A DNA stretch of 64,000 nt from Bacillus subtilis subsp. subtilis str. 168 (GTDB taxonomy: Bacteria; Bacillota; Bacilli; Bacillales; Bacillaceae): positions 2,914,001-2,978,000 of the forward strand of contig NC_000964.3 of the NCBI RefSeq assembly GCF_000009045.1. The letters run 5' to 3'. Numbering within the stretch: the first letter of the stretch is position 1; each line of letters starts with the position of its first letter. The notes under the pieces were generated by a model. That model worked only from the letters and a program-made list of their open reading frames with translations, was not told the origin of the DNA and searched no databases. Made by a program: the position numbers and the translations under genes. Of the stretch, positions 42,509 through 53,031 are shown piece after piece.

Positions 42509-44267
42509 GTTCTTCTCCCTCTTTCATCTGTTGCATTGGCACTTGAAAGGAAACCTCTGTCCCTTTATGAACCTCACTGCTGATATGCAGTGCAGCCTGC
42601 TGTCCGAATAAACCGATCAGCCGCTGATTTAGGTTATAAAGCGCTGTACCGGTTCCCTCCTTAGACGGAAACGGTTTCTTCCCCAGTTCCGGCAAGACGT
42701 CCGGCGGAATTCCGCGTCCGTTATCCGCCACCTTCATATAGACGGATGCATCATCAGATAAGACACAGACTGTAACCTTGCATATGTCTTGTTTTTTCGG
42801 AAACGCGTGCCGAAGCGCGTTCTCGACAAGCACCTGCAAAACAAACGGAGGGATTTCAATCTGCTCCAGTCTGCTGTCGATATTAAGCTCAATTTTATAT
42901 TTCCCGGGAAAACGCGCCTGTTCTAATGACAAATAGGCGTTAAGATGGTTCAGCTCCTTTGAGAGCGGAATCAGCAGCTGTCTCGCTCCTTGAAGGTTTG
43001 AACGAAAATAAACACTGAGCTGCAATAGGAGCTTACGGGTTTTTTCAACATCTGTACGGCATAACGCAGAAATCGTGTTGATCGCATTAAATAAAAAATG
43101 CGGATTCACCTGTGCTTGAAGCGCTTTAATTTCAGCATCCTTGAGAAGTTTGCTTTGCAGCTCTGCTTCCCCAAGCTCAAGCTGTGTCGAAAACAGCATG
43201 GCCAGCCCCTCGGCAAGTTCCTCCTCTACCTGACTCAGGCCTGCCGGGCTTTTAAAGTACATTTTTAAGGTGCCGATTGTATTGCCGTTCGATGTCAGCG
43301 GTAGGACAATTGCAGCGTGCAAAGGGCATTCAGCATGCGTGCATTCAATCTCTTCCTGCGAAATCGCCTTCATAATATGCCCTGTTTTAATCACCTTTTT
43401 GGACAGGCCGGTGATCAAGCTTTTCGATGGGATGTGGTGATCCATTCCCGCACCGACATGCGCAAGGATCTTTTCTTTGTCAGTGAGAGACACCGCATCT
43501 GTTCCTGTCAGCTTATGGATAATAGCCGCTACACTTTTACAGGAGTTTTCATTTAATCCTTGGCGGAAAAATGGAAGTGTCTGATCAGCAATCGTAAGCA
43601 CTCGATGCGTTTCGAGAGCCCTTGCCTGTTCTTCCTTGCGAATGATCGCTTGAATAATAGACAGAAAAATAAAACTGCCTGTTCCATTGATGAGTATCAT
43701 CGGAATTCCGATCATGCTGACAAGCTCCCAAGCGTCACTGAACGGCTTTGCCATCAGCAAAATAATGATCATTTGCAGTGACTCCATGCCGATTCCCACA
43801 AGAGCGGCGATGCGCGGTGTCGGCATTCGATATCGCTTCGTAAAATACCTGCCGATCAAGCCTGCAAGAACACCCGCTAAAATAGATGAGACGGCACAGC
43901 TTAAGGCCGTGCTGCCACCGAGTGAAAAACGATGCAGGCCCGCAAGTATGCCGATCCCAGCCCCTACAAAAGGACCTCCGAGAAGGCCCCCGATTTCCAC
44001 GCCCAAAATACGGGTATTCGCGATAGAGCCCGATGGATCTATCGTAAACACCCAGTCATTGTTTACAATCATATTTCTTTGAATTTCGATGCCTGTATAA
44101 TTGCTGATGATGCTGAAAAGAGAAAAAATAGAAATTAAAATCGCTTTTCCTTTATAGCCGTCCTGATTCTGAAGAGCTTGTCTGAAAAGTTTCGTATGGG
44201 CGAGAATGAACCCTAATATAACAATAATCCCCACTCTCTCCAGCATCATAATCATTAAATGAATCAT
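42486..44267 (-). CDS. lytS: LytS-family sensor histidine kinase
   Basis: 5TM-LYT N-terminus, GAF domain, LQAQVNPHFLFN, and G boxes DNGRGI, GTGTAL. Confidence 0.96.
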   Translation of the reverse strand: MIHLMIMMLERVGIIVILGFILAHTKLFRQALQNQDGYKGKAILISIFSLFSIISNYTGIEIQRNMIVNNDWVFTIDPSGSIANTRILGVEIGGLLGGPFVGAGIGILAGLHRFSLGGSTALSCAVSSILAGVLAGLIGRYFTKRYRMPTPRIAALVGIGMESLQMIIILLMAKPFSDAWELVSMIGIPMILINGTGSFIFLSIIQAIIRKEEQARALETHRVLTIADQTLPFFRQGLNENSCKSVAAIIHKLTGTDAVSLTDKEKILAHVGAGMDHHIPSKSLITGLSKKVIKTGHIMKAISQEEIECTHAECPLHAAIVLPLTSNGNTIGTLKMYFKSPAGLSQVEEELAEGLAMLFSTQLELGEAELQSKLLKDAEIKALQAQVNPHFLFNAINTISALCRTDVEKTRKLLLQLSVYFRSNLQGARQLLIPLSKELNHLNAYLSLEQARFPGKYKIELNIDSRLEQIEIPPFVLQVLVENALRHAFPKKQDICKVTVCVLSDDASVYMKVADNGRGIPPDVLPELGKKPFPSKEGTGTALYNLNQRLIGLFGQQAALHISSEVHKGTEVSFQVPMQQMKEGEEHAQGVNS

Positions 44268-44433
44268 TCATGTCACCTGTTCTTTCCGTTTTCATTCTAG
44301 CATGTTTTCGTTTTGCGGCTGACTGTTTTTTTAAAATCGTCTGAAAACATATTTCACAAGGCTTTTATCTATTGTAAAATAAAACATGAGCCTTTTGGCA
44401 GAAAGATTTGAATCTGAAGCAGAGGAGAAGATC

Positions 44434-45216
44434 ATGAAAGCCGTATTTTTTGATTTAGATGATACACTACTTTGGGACGAAAAAAGCGTCAGAACAACAT
44501 TTGCAGAAACTTGCTTACAGGCGGAGAAAAAATATGGCCTTGCCCCTGAGGAATTCGAAGCAGCTGTTCGCGAAGCGGCGAGAGAATTGTACATGTCATA
44601 TGAGACGTATCCATATACAGTGATGATCGGCATTAACCCGTTTGAAGGACTGTGGTCCAATTTCTCAGAGCCAATCAGTGAAGGCTTTCAAAAGCTGAAC
44701 AAGATTGTGCCGGAGTACAGAAGAAATGCATGGACCAACGGACTGAAAGCGCTTGGGATCGATGATCCTGCATATGGCGAATACTTGGGAGAGTTTTTTG
44801 CGGCAGAGCGCAGAAAGCGCCCGTTTGTATATGATGAAACTTTTGCTGTACTCGATCAATTAAAAGGCAAGTATGAATTATTGCTTTTGACAAATGGCGA
44901 TCCTAGTCTGCAAAAGGAGAAGCTTGCCGGCGTGCCTGAGCTCGCTCCTTACTTCAATGAAATCGTCATCTCGGGCGCATTCGGCAAGGGCAAGCCGGAT
45001 GTTTCAATTTTTGAACACTGCCTTAAGCTGATGAATATTGAAAAAGACGATGCCATCATGGTCGGCGATAATTTGAATACTGATATTTTAGGCGCTTCAA
45101 GAGCCGGAATCAAAACCGTTTGGATCAACCGGACTGATAAGAAAAACGAAACTGACGTAAAGCCTGATTACATCATCAGCAGCCTTCATGATTTGTTTCC
45201 TATATTAGAGAAATAA
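44434..45216 (+). CDS. ysaA: HAD phosphatase (phosphoserine phosphatase SerB)
   Basis: [14 protein letters not shown] and VGDNLNTD motifs; AGAGGAG RBS before MKAVFF. Confidence 0.9.
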
Positions 45217-45253
45217 AAAAAGCATGATCTCTTCAATGAGATCATGCTTTTTT
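45216..45253. terminator. Bidirectional terminator ysaA/thrS
   Basis: AAAAAAGCATGATCTC-ttcaat-GAGATCATGCTTTTTT. Confidence 0.93.
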
Positions 45254-45256
45254 ATT

Positions 45257-47188
45257 TTATTTTTTCGCTTCAGCTACTGCCTTTTTCACAAACTCATCAA
45301 GTGAAATGGTTTCAGAGTTCTGTTCTCCGTATTTACGCACGTTTACCGCTCCGTTTTCTGCTTCTTGGTCACCGACCACCAGCATGTACGGGATTTTTTG
45401 CATTTGCGCTTCACGGATTTTGTAGCCGATTTTTTCATCGCGGCTGTCGACTTCAACACGCAGGCCTTCACATTGCAGGCGTTCCTGCACTTTTTTCGCG
45501 TAGTCTAAATGCACAGCCGGAGAAACCGGGATGACTTGGAACTGAACCGGTGCAAGCCATGTCGGCAGCGCGCCTTTGTGTTCTTCGATTAAGAAAGCAA
45601 CAAAGCGTTCCATTGTTGAAACGACACCTCTGTGAATGACAACCGGACGGTGCTGCTTGCCGTCCTCACCGATGTATGTCAGGTCGAAACGTTCCGGCAA
45701 TAAGAAATCAAGCTGAACCGTAGACAGTGTTTCTTCTTTTCCGATCGCAGTTTTCACCTGAACATCAAGTTTAGGTCCGTAGAATGCCGCTTCACCTTCT
45801 GCTTCGTAATAGTCGTGGCCGATTTCATCCATTGCCTCTTTCAGCATGGATTGCGCTTTGTTCCACATTTCATCGTCATCAAAATATTTCTCTGTATCTT
45901 CCGGATCGCGGTAAGACAGACGGAATGTGTAATCACTTAAACCGAAGTCTTCATAAACATCCTGGATTAAACGGACTGTACGGATAAACTCATCCTTAAT
46001 TTGATCCGGGCGCACAAAGATGTGTGCATCATTTAACGTCATTCCGCGTACCCGTTGAAGTCCTGACAGCGCACCTGACATTTCATAGCGGTGCATCGTT
46101 CCAAGCTCTGCAATACGAATCGGAAGCTCGCGGTAACTGTGAATGTCTTGTTTGTAAATCATCATATGGTGCGGACAGTTCATCGGACGCAATACAAGTG
46201 TTTCATTGTCCATTTCCATCGGAGGGAACATGCCTTCCTGATAATGATCCCAGTGTCCTGATGTTTCATACAGCTCTTTGCTGCCTAGCACAGGTGTGTA
46301 TACGTGCTCATAGCCGAGGCTGATTTCTTTATCGACAATGTAGCGCTCGATGACGCGGCGGATTGTTGCGCCTTTTGGCAGCCAAAGCGGCAGGCCTTGT
46401 CCGACTTTTTGAGAGTTCGCGAACAGCTTTAATTCTTTGCCAAGCTTTCTGTGGTCGCGTTCTTTCGCTTCTTCTAGCATACGAAGATGCTCTTCAAGAT
46501 CAGCTTTTTTGAAGAAAGCTGTACCATATACGCGCTGAAGCATTTGGTTTTTGCTGTCACCGCGCCAGTATGCGCCTGCAAGGCTTAACAGCTTAAATTC
46601 TTTGATTTTTCCGGTTGAAGGAACATGGACGCCGCGGCACAGGTCAAAGAATTCGCCTTGCTCATAGATCGAAACGGTTTCTCCTTCAGGAATCGCATCC
46701 AATAGTTCAAGCTTCAGGTCGTCGCCGATTTCCGCAAAACGGGCTTTCGCTTCTTCACGGCTGACTTCTTTTCGAACGATCGGAAGGTTCGCATTAACGA
46801 TTTTTTTCATTTCTTTCTCGATTTTCGGCAGATCCTCCGGTGTAATCGCTTCGTCCATTTCTACATCGTAGTAAAAACCGTTTTCGATAACCGGACCGAC
46901 GCCGAATTTAACATCCTTGTAGATGCGTTTAATCGCTTGAGCCAGCAAGTGAGCCGCACTGTGGCGCATAATTTGAAGACCTTCTTCTGAGCCTTCTGTA
47001 ATGATTTCCACTGTACCGTCTTCATTGATCGGCGTTCTCAAATCGATTTCTTTTCCGTTCAGTTTTCCGGCTAATGACTTTTTCTTTAATCCCGGACTGA
47101 TGGATGCCGCGATATCTTCTGTTGTTGTTCCTTTCGCAAACTCCTTGACTGCTCCATCAGGAAATGTGATTTTTACCATATCTGACAT
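45257..47188 (-). CDS. thrS: Threonyl-tRNA synthetase
   Basis: TGS domain, [17 protein letters not shown] and [11 protein letters not shown]; start MSDMV (643 aa). Confidence 0.98.
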
Positions 47189-47209
47189 CTTTGTCACTCC
47201 TTTTTTTGC

Positions 47210-47490
47210 ATATAAAAACCCCGCCCCCTATGAAAGGGACGAGGTTGAATAAACGGAATCGTGGTTCCACCCTTTTTTCCGCAAAGCCAATACACGGCAC
47301 CTGCGGCTCTAAGCTCTGTAACGGGAGTTCCCGTCAGCCATTACTGTTCCTTTTCAAGAGGTTCACAGCTGAAGTTCAAAGGCGGTAAAGCGAATGGTCC
47401 TTAGCTGGGAAGCTTGCAGCCAGGGCTTCCCTCTCTTTGAGCCGGTATCATTCCTTCGTGTCCTTATCAATACGTGTGTCTTTCTTAATC
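47210..47490 (-). promoter_or_regulatory. T-box riboswitch (Thr) upstream of thrS
   Basis: AAGGGTGGAACCACG (47260-47274), terminator with T-run (about 47214-47245), and likely ACC specifier at 47396-47398. Confidence 0.92.
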
Positions 47491-47498
47491 TCCTATGT

Positions 47499-47527
47499 AT
47501 TATAAATTGTTCAATCCAAAAAATCAA
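47499..47527 (-). promoter_or_regulatory. SigA promoter of thrS
   Basis: TTGATT-N17-TATAAT. Confidence 0.82.
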
Positions 47528-47585
47528 CACGATCGCGTTTCCTTTTTTTTAAACCGACAGCCTTAAATAGACAGGCTGCCGGCCC

Positions 47586-48431
47586 TCATCCTTCCGAGTG
47601 CTTCACCGGTATTTCTGCATCTGTAAAAGCATGCAGCGGGAGCATTTCCACTCTCTCTTGAAATACGTTTTGAATGGTCCTTGCCATCATGTGCTCGGGC
47701 TGGTCGGTATAAAGCACGACTTCATCAGGCGCAATGGAAATCAGCGGCGCGAGCAAATGAGAATCAATATACATAGGATGATCCCGGACAAATCTTCTGT
47801 CTATGTATTTCATTTTTTCCCGTTCCGGCACATAGCGCAGCTCCCATAATGTAAAGGAACCATCATGGACAATATGCACTTTTTTGATTCGCGGCTGTTT
47901 GGCGTCCACATAGTCTCTGAGTGTTTGAATAAAGTTTTGATATTCCTGTTCCATCTTATATTCATCAATCGCTGCTTCTGTAATATCTCTCAGCTGCTTA
48001 TAGTATGATCCAAGTCGGAAGGTCTGAAAGGAGCGAATGTAAAATACTCCTTCCTCTAAACAGATCGTTTGGAGTTCATCCAAAATTGATTGTTTCCGTG
48101 AAAGCTTCAGCGGCTCAAACGGAAGATCGTCTGCTTCACCTTCAATAATACTGTGTGCGAGCTGAAGGATTTGCTGCTGTTCATCCTGGTCCGTGAAACA
48201 ATACGTTTCCTCAATCAATGACAGCATATGCTCGTCTTCTTTGCATTCCAAAAAAAATTTGACCAGAATCGGCTCCATAAAACGCTGAATAGGAAAAGCC
48301 GGATTCGCTTTTTCAATCCCGATTTTTCGTATGCCTTCACGGACAATGATATTGTTCCGATCGTCCGAATGCTGAATGAGATGTAAAAAAGCGGCTGCAT
48401 CATGGTCATCTTCAAAGATTATTTCAAGCAT
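47586..48431 (-). CDS. ytxC: YtxC-family sporulation-associated protein
   Basis: AAIDEYKMEQEYQNFI and LISIAPDEV motifs; AAGGGGGG RBS. Confidence 0.88.
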   Translation of the reverse strand: MLEIIFEDDHDAAAFLHLIQHSDDRNNIIVREGIRKIGIEKANPAFPIQRFMEPILVKFFLECKEDEHMLSLIEETYCFTDQDEQQQILQLAHSIIEGEADDLPFEPLKLSRKQSILDELQTICLEEGVFYIRSFQTFRLGSYYKQLRDITEAAIDEYKMEQEYQNFIQTLRDYVDAKQPRIKKVHIVHDGSFTLWELRYVPEREKMKYIDRRFVRDHPMYIDSHLLAPLISIAPDEVVLYTDQPEHMMARTIQNVFQERVEMLPLHAFTDAEIPVKHSEG

Positions 48432-48460
48432 GTTTGTCCCCCCTTACGGCATCTGTTACA

Positions 48461-48489
48461 AGTATATGGGGGATGTTTTTAAAATAGAC
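48461..48489 (-). promoter_or_regulatory. Possible SigE promoter of ytxC
   Basis: GTCTATTT-N13-CATATACT resembles the mother-cell SigE consensus. Confidence 0.5.
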
Positions 48490-48509
48490 GTAAAGGTCAT
48501 TGGCAAATC

Positions 48510-49151
48510 TTAATTTGATTCTTGGAACAAGTTTTGCATTTTCTTTCTGAAGATGAACGGCAATGAGATAAACACGATATACAAAGCGAGCACCATAAAG
48601 AAAGCGGGCAGATTGCCAGCCAAAAAGCTCGCACCCAGCACATTAAGCGCAATCGTCCCAGGGATGATTCCCACAGCCGTTGCGGCAAAATACGGCAGCG
48701 CTTTGACATTGGAAAGGCCTGCCGCATAGCTGACGAAATCAAAATTGATCGGCAGGATTCTCAAAAGAAAGATATAGAAAAATCCGTTATCCTCCATTTG
48801 CTTCTGTATGGCTTCAAGCCTTTCGTAATGCCCGTTCTTTTTCGCCGAAAACAAACCAGCCGCAAAAAACGAAACAGCTGAAGCGCACATCGAACCGAAT
48901 AACGTATAAAGCGTGCCGAGAAGCGGGCCAAACGCAAGTCCGCCAGCTATTGAAATAACAGACACCGGAAATAAAACAAGTGGCCTGACGATGGATATCC
49001 CGATAAACATCAGAGGTGCAAAGACTCCGAACGACAATACCCATACCCTGATTTCTTTCGGCGATACATTCAAATACGTTTTATTTCCCCAATAGAGTAA
49101 ACCAGCACCTGCAAGCACTGCCAGCCATTTGACAGCCGTTTTTCGTTTCAT
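48510..49151 (-). CDS. ytxB: TVP38/DedA (SNARE-associated) membrane protein
   Basis: LLRILPINFDFVSYAAGLS motif; start MKRKT (213 aa). Confidence 0.88.
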   Translation of the reverse strand: MKRKTAVKWLAVLAGAGLLYWGNKTYLNVSPKEIRVWVLSFGVFAPLMFIGISIVRPLVLFPVSVISIAGGLAFGPLLGTLYTLFGSMCASAVSFFAAGLFSAKKNGHYERLEAIQKQMEDNGFFYIFLLRILPINFDFVSYAAGLSNVKALPYFAATAVGIIPGTIALNVLGASFLAGNLPAFFMVLALYIVFISLPFIFRKKMQNLFQESN

Positions 49152-49184
49152 ACCCTCAGTTCCTTCCCCTTTGAACCACAGCAA

Positions 49185-50120
49185 TTATGGATGTCGGCGG
49201 TTTTCTCCGTCAAGGCGGATCGGAGCAGCCAAATATAATATCCGCTCCATTAATCTTGCAGCTTTTACTTCTTCTTTTTCTCCCCTCTGCGAATACGTAA
49301 AATGATGCTTCAGCTCGTCAGGTGAGAAATTAGAAGAAAAGAACGTTGGCAGCTGCTGGGACATTCTGTGCTGAAGCACCGTTCCGATGACCTCATCCCT
49401 TACCCAGCTTGTCATTGATTCTGCTCCGATGTCATCAAGCATTAATACGGGTGTGGTCTTTACCATATTGAGCTTCTCTTCCAATGTCTGGTCTTGCAGC
49501 GAATTCTTAAGCTCTCTCACAAATTCAGGCACATAAACAATCATGGAGGAATACTCTTTTTCCGCCAGCTCATTGGCAATTGCAGCGAGCATAAACGTTT
49601 TTCCTACCCCAAATTTCCCGTATAAATATAATCCTTTCCCTTTTCCCGTCTCATTATAGCTTTTCAGGAAGTCTGTAACATGCTGAAACATCGCGAGTCT
49701 GCTTGGGTCACTGATATCAACTTGCTGGAACGTCGCTCCAAGAAGATCCTGCTGGATATACATGCTTTTCATAAGAGACTGTTGTTTCTTCTGCTGGTCG
49801 AGCTTCCGTTTGACTGGACATTCGTAATACTCGATATCAATAGACCTCCCATTGACAACAAGCTTCGGATGGTAGCCCTCCAACAAATTGTTGCAGTTTT
49901 CATCTTCCGAACAATAGGAGCAATTCTTGCTTTGTTCGATATATTCATAAAGCTTATTTAAGCTCTTTTCGATCATTTTTTGGTCAATCACTTCTTCGTT
50001 TTCCTTCAAAAATGCTTGAACATCTTGATCTTTCATGACTTTTTCCTTCATTTGTTCAAGACGTTTTTGGAAATCCGGCCTGCCGGTTACGCCCTGCAGG
50101 GAACGGCCGATTGGTTCCAT
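49185..50120 (-). CDS. dnaI: Primosomal helicase loader DnaI
   Basis: Zn ligands CxxC...C...HP...C, Walker A GKFGVGKT, Walker B LMLDDIG. Confidence 0.97.
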   Translation of the reverse strand: MEPIGRSLQGVTGRPDFQKRLEQMKEKVMKDQDVQAFLKENEEVIDQKMIEKSLNKLYEYIEQSKNCSYCSEDENCNNLLEGYHPKLVVNGRSIDIEYYECPVKRKLDQQKKQQSLMKSMYIQQDLLGATFQQVDISDPSRLAMFQHVTDFLKSYNETGKGKGLYLYGKFGVGKTFMLAAIANELAEKEYSSMIVYVPEFVRELKNSLQDQTLEEKLNMVKTTPVLMLDDIGAESMTSWVRDEVIGTVLQHRMSQQLPTFFSSNFSPDELKHHFTYSQRGEKEEVKAARLMERILYLAAPIRLDGENRRHP

Positions 50121-50147
50121 CTATTCCTTCACCCCGCATCTCTGTCT

Positions 50148-51566
50148 TTAATAGGCAGAGTATTTTTTCAGTTTTTGCATTTCTTCCATCATCTTTTTCT
50201 TCTGTTCTTCCAAATCCTGCGGATGCAGCTTCTGCTGTCCGGATTCTGAATCGGACGCTGTTTCCTTTTCTGTCATCCAATCAGGAAGCTTTTCTTCACG
50301 AATCACTTTTTGGTTTCGTTTCGAAGACTTTGTTTTTCCCTCAGCCCATTCAAGATACTGGCGGTTTTCTTCTATTGCGAGCTTCATCGCTTCCCTGACC
50401 GTTTTCACCTTTTTGCGTGCCCAATGCGAAGCGATTTTTTGGATATAGTTTTTCGACAGCTTCATGTCGGTTTTCAGCATGACATAATAAATTAACACAT
50501 TTGTGACGCCTGGCTCGAGCTTCTGTTCGAACATAATTTCTTCTATGATCTTCAGATCAGCTTTTGACGGCTCTGTTCCGTCAGCAATGTCCTGCAGAAG
50601 CTTCTTCGGGGAAATCGCCTCCAGCAATGCAATCAGCTTCCCATCCAGAGAATCCTCTTCTGCCGGTTGTTCGCCTTCACGCAGATGCACCGGCTGTGTT
50701 TTTTCCACCAAATCGGGCAGCTGTCCGTTTCTTTCAATTTGATACCAGTCGCTCGCCGCTTTTCTTAATGCCTCCGTCGTAATGACGTCACGCTCATCAA
50801 TTGCGCTCATCACAACATTTTGCATTTGCAAAGGGTCAATTCCGTACAGATAAGAAAGCTTTTTGATTGTGTCCCGCACCTGCTGGGTCATCGCTTTTCT
50901 CGGTATCATCGTCTCAGAAAGTCCCGCTAAAAACAAATCAAAATCAAACACATCCTCCGTTATGGTGTAGGACGGAGACTGTCCGACAGAAGTATACTCG
51001 GACCCCTCGGCAAGCCTTACCGTTTCCTCCATATCGGATGTGAGCTTCCATTCACTCGGCTGCAGCGATTCAAACGCATGATTAAACGGACGCGTAATGT
51101 CCTTCGCATCTTCTGAAATGGCCGGGTGCGTAAAAAATTGTTTTAATTGCTGATATTTCGTTTTTCCGACCCTATTATACAGAAAAACATTCAGCATTCC
51201 GTCTTCAAAAAATTCATTTGGTCTGAGCGGCGGAAGGAGTTCATATATAAAGAGGCGCTCCTGCCGCTCGGATTCTTTCATATATACTTTCAGCAATCCG
51301 ATGCCCTCGAGCTTCCCCTGTTCCTGATGGATCGTTTTTAAGTTGGACTGTGTCATCCCCATCAGCTGTCTATGTGTGGACTCTCCGCCCCACAGACGGT
51401 TTTGTTCAAGCTCTCCCCACAATGTCATATAAAGAGAGAATGCAACAGGGCCGATTAAGGGCTGGTACAGTTGTGTAATAATTTGTCTGTCAATATCCTG
51501 CAGCATCGATCTGCTTTTAACCACATACGGGTCTACAGGCAGTACATCTTTCCAATAGTCAGCCAT
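50148..51566 (-). CDS. dnaB: Replication initiation/membrane attachment protein DnaB
   Basis: LYQPLIG, FFEDGML and YIQKIASHW motifs; 472 aa. Confidence 0.96.
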   Translation of the reverse strand: MADYWKDVLPVDPYVVKSRSMLQDIDRQIITQLYQPLIGPVAFSLYMTLWGELEQNRLWGGESTHRQLMGMTQSNLKTIHQEQGKLEGIGLLKVYMKESERQERLFIYELLPPLRPNEFFEDGMLNVFLYNRVGKTKYQQLKQFFTHPAISEDAKDITRPFNHAFESLQPSEWKLTSDMEETVRLAEGSEYTSVGQSPSYTITEDVFDFDLFLAGLSETMIPRKAMTQQVRDTIKKLSYLYGIDPLQMQNVVMSAIDERDVITTEALRKAASDWYQIERNGQLPDLVEKTQPVHLREGEQPAEEDSLDGKLIALLEAISPKKLLQDIADGTEPSKADLKIIEEIMFEQKLEPGVTNVLIYYVMLKTDMKLSKNYIQKIASHWARKKVKTVREAMKLAIEENRQYLEWAEGKTKSSKRNQKVIREEKLPDWMTEKETASDSESGQQKLHPQDLEEQKKKMMEEMQKLKKYSAY

Positions 51567-51650
51567 ACATTCTCAAACCTTCCGAATTTGTTTCTACCTT
51601 TCATTTTACACCGTTTCTTATATCTATCAAATGCCAATTTTGCACATGAG

Positions 51651-51682
51651 AAAAGAGCTAGAAGAATCCTCTTAGCTCTTTT
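51651..51682. terminator. Hairpin between nrdR and dnaB
   Basis: AAAAGAGCTA...TAGCTCTTTT overlapping the nrdR stop. Confidence 0.65.
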
Positions 51683-52139
51683 AACGCTCTTTCTTTATTA
51701 AGTCTTTTAATTCATCGATAAAGACGTTTATATCTTTAAACTGCCGATAGACGGACGCGAACCGCACATATGCGACTTCGTCAATCTTAGCCAGCCGGTC
51801 CATGACCATTTCTCCGACGAGCTCACTCTTCACCTCGGAGCAGCCTTGATTGCGAAGTTCTTTTTCAATATCAAAGCACATGTCTTCAAGCGTTTTGAGT
51901 GAAACAGGCCTTTTTTCACATGCTTTTATGAGGCCGCGCAGCATTTTTTCTCTGCTGAATTCCTCACGCACACCTTCTTTTTTCACAACGATGAGCGGGG
52001 TTTCCTCCACTTTCTCAAAGGTCGTAAACCGGTAGTGGCAGGATTCGCACTCGCGTCTTCGGCGAATCGACTTTCCGTCATCCACAGGCCGTGAATCAAG
52101 GACTCGTGTTCCGTTATGCTGGCATGAAGGACATTTCAA
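51681..52139 (-). CDS. nrdR: Transcriptional repressor NrdR
   Basis: CPSC...RRRRECESC zinc ribbon, ATP cone, AYVRFASVY; TTG start. Confidence 0.97.
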
Positions 52140-52342
52140 TAAAATCAGCTCCCAACTATATCGTTCCCTGCAATGTATTTTCGGCAGCCTCCGCCTTTTA
52201 AAAATAGATGTGACAGCATCTGTCGGGAGAGCCGTTGTTAAATTTGTTTCTATAGCATTAGGTGGTTTGTGAAAATCTCCTTCTTATTTTACAAAAAAAA
52301 TGAAAAAAGAAAAAGCTGACACTCTCGTTTCTTTATAAAAAT

Positions 52343-52394
52343 AAAAGGAGCATAAGCTAAAAAGCGCATAATGGCTTTCTAGCTTCAGCTCCCT
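52343..52394 (-). terminator. Long imperfect terminator hairpin after speD
   Basis: GGAGC-AGCTA-AAAGC / GCTTT-TAGCT-GCTCC with a T-rich tail. Confidence 0.75.
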
Positions 52395-52412
52395 TTGTGT
52401 TCGCAATTTACT

Positions 52413-52793
52413 TTATAGTACTTTCGCTTGCGCCTGTTTAATTTGCACAGGCCCCATTCCTCTTGGTATTTCAATGTTTTCTCTTGTATCAGCATGTAAT
52501 GCCTCTGCAATGTAATCAGCAGCGACATTAGGATCTAAGTCTCCACAAGTATAAACATCAATGCTCGCATATCCGTGCTCAGGAAAACTGTGAATCGTTA
52601 AGTGTGATTCAGAAATAATCACAACTCCGCTTACGCCTTGCGGTGCAAATTTGTGAAATGCAACCTCGCGCACCTCAGCACCTGATTTTAGAGCAGCATT
52701 TACAAACGTTTTTTCAATAAAATCCATGTCATTCAGCTTATCAAAATCGCATCCCCATAGCTCGGAGATAACGTGACGCCCCATTGTTTCCAT
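52413..52793 (-). CDS. speD: S-adenosylmethionine decarboxylase proenzyme
   Basis: Pyruvoyl cleavage motif ISESHLTIH and DVYTCG. Start METMG by RBS spacing; ATG at 52799 is an alternative. Confidence 0.96.
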
Positions 52794-52938
52794 AGTCATG
52801 GACCCCCCTTAACAAGAATTAAAAAGTGAAATTCCAACAACTGGGTCGGCCATTTACCACGGGGGAAAGTTAGTCCGGAGAGGTCCTAACCCTTTAAGTA
52901 ATTCCGAAACAGTCTCAAGCAAGAAGTTCACGAAAAAT

Positions 52939-52967
52939 AGTATACTGTGTTTAAGTCTAATTTGCAA
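52939..52967 (-). promoter_or_regulatory. SigA promoter of speD
   Basis: TTGCAA-N17-TATACT, implying a leader of about 140 nt. Confidence 0.78.
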
Positions 52968-53031
52968 GGTGCGTTTTTTCAGAAATATGCTGTTAAGGGT
53001 TTTTTCTTTAAAATGTGTCCATGACCTTATT

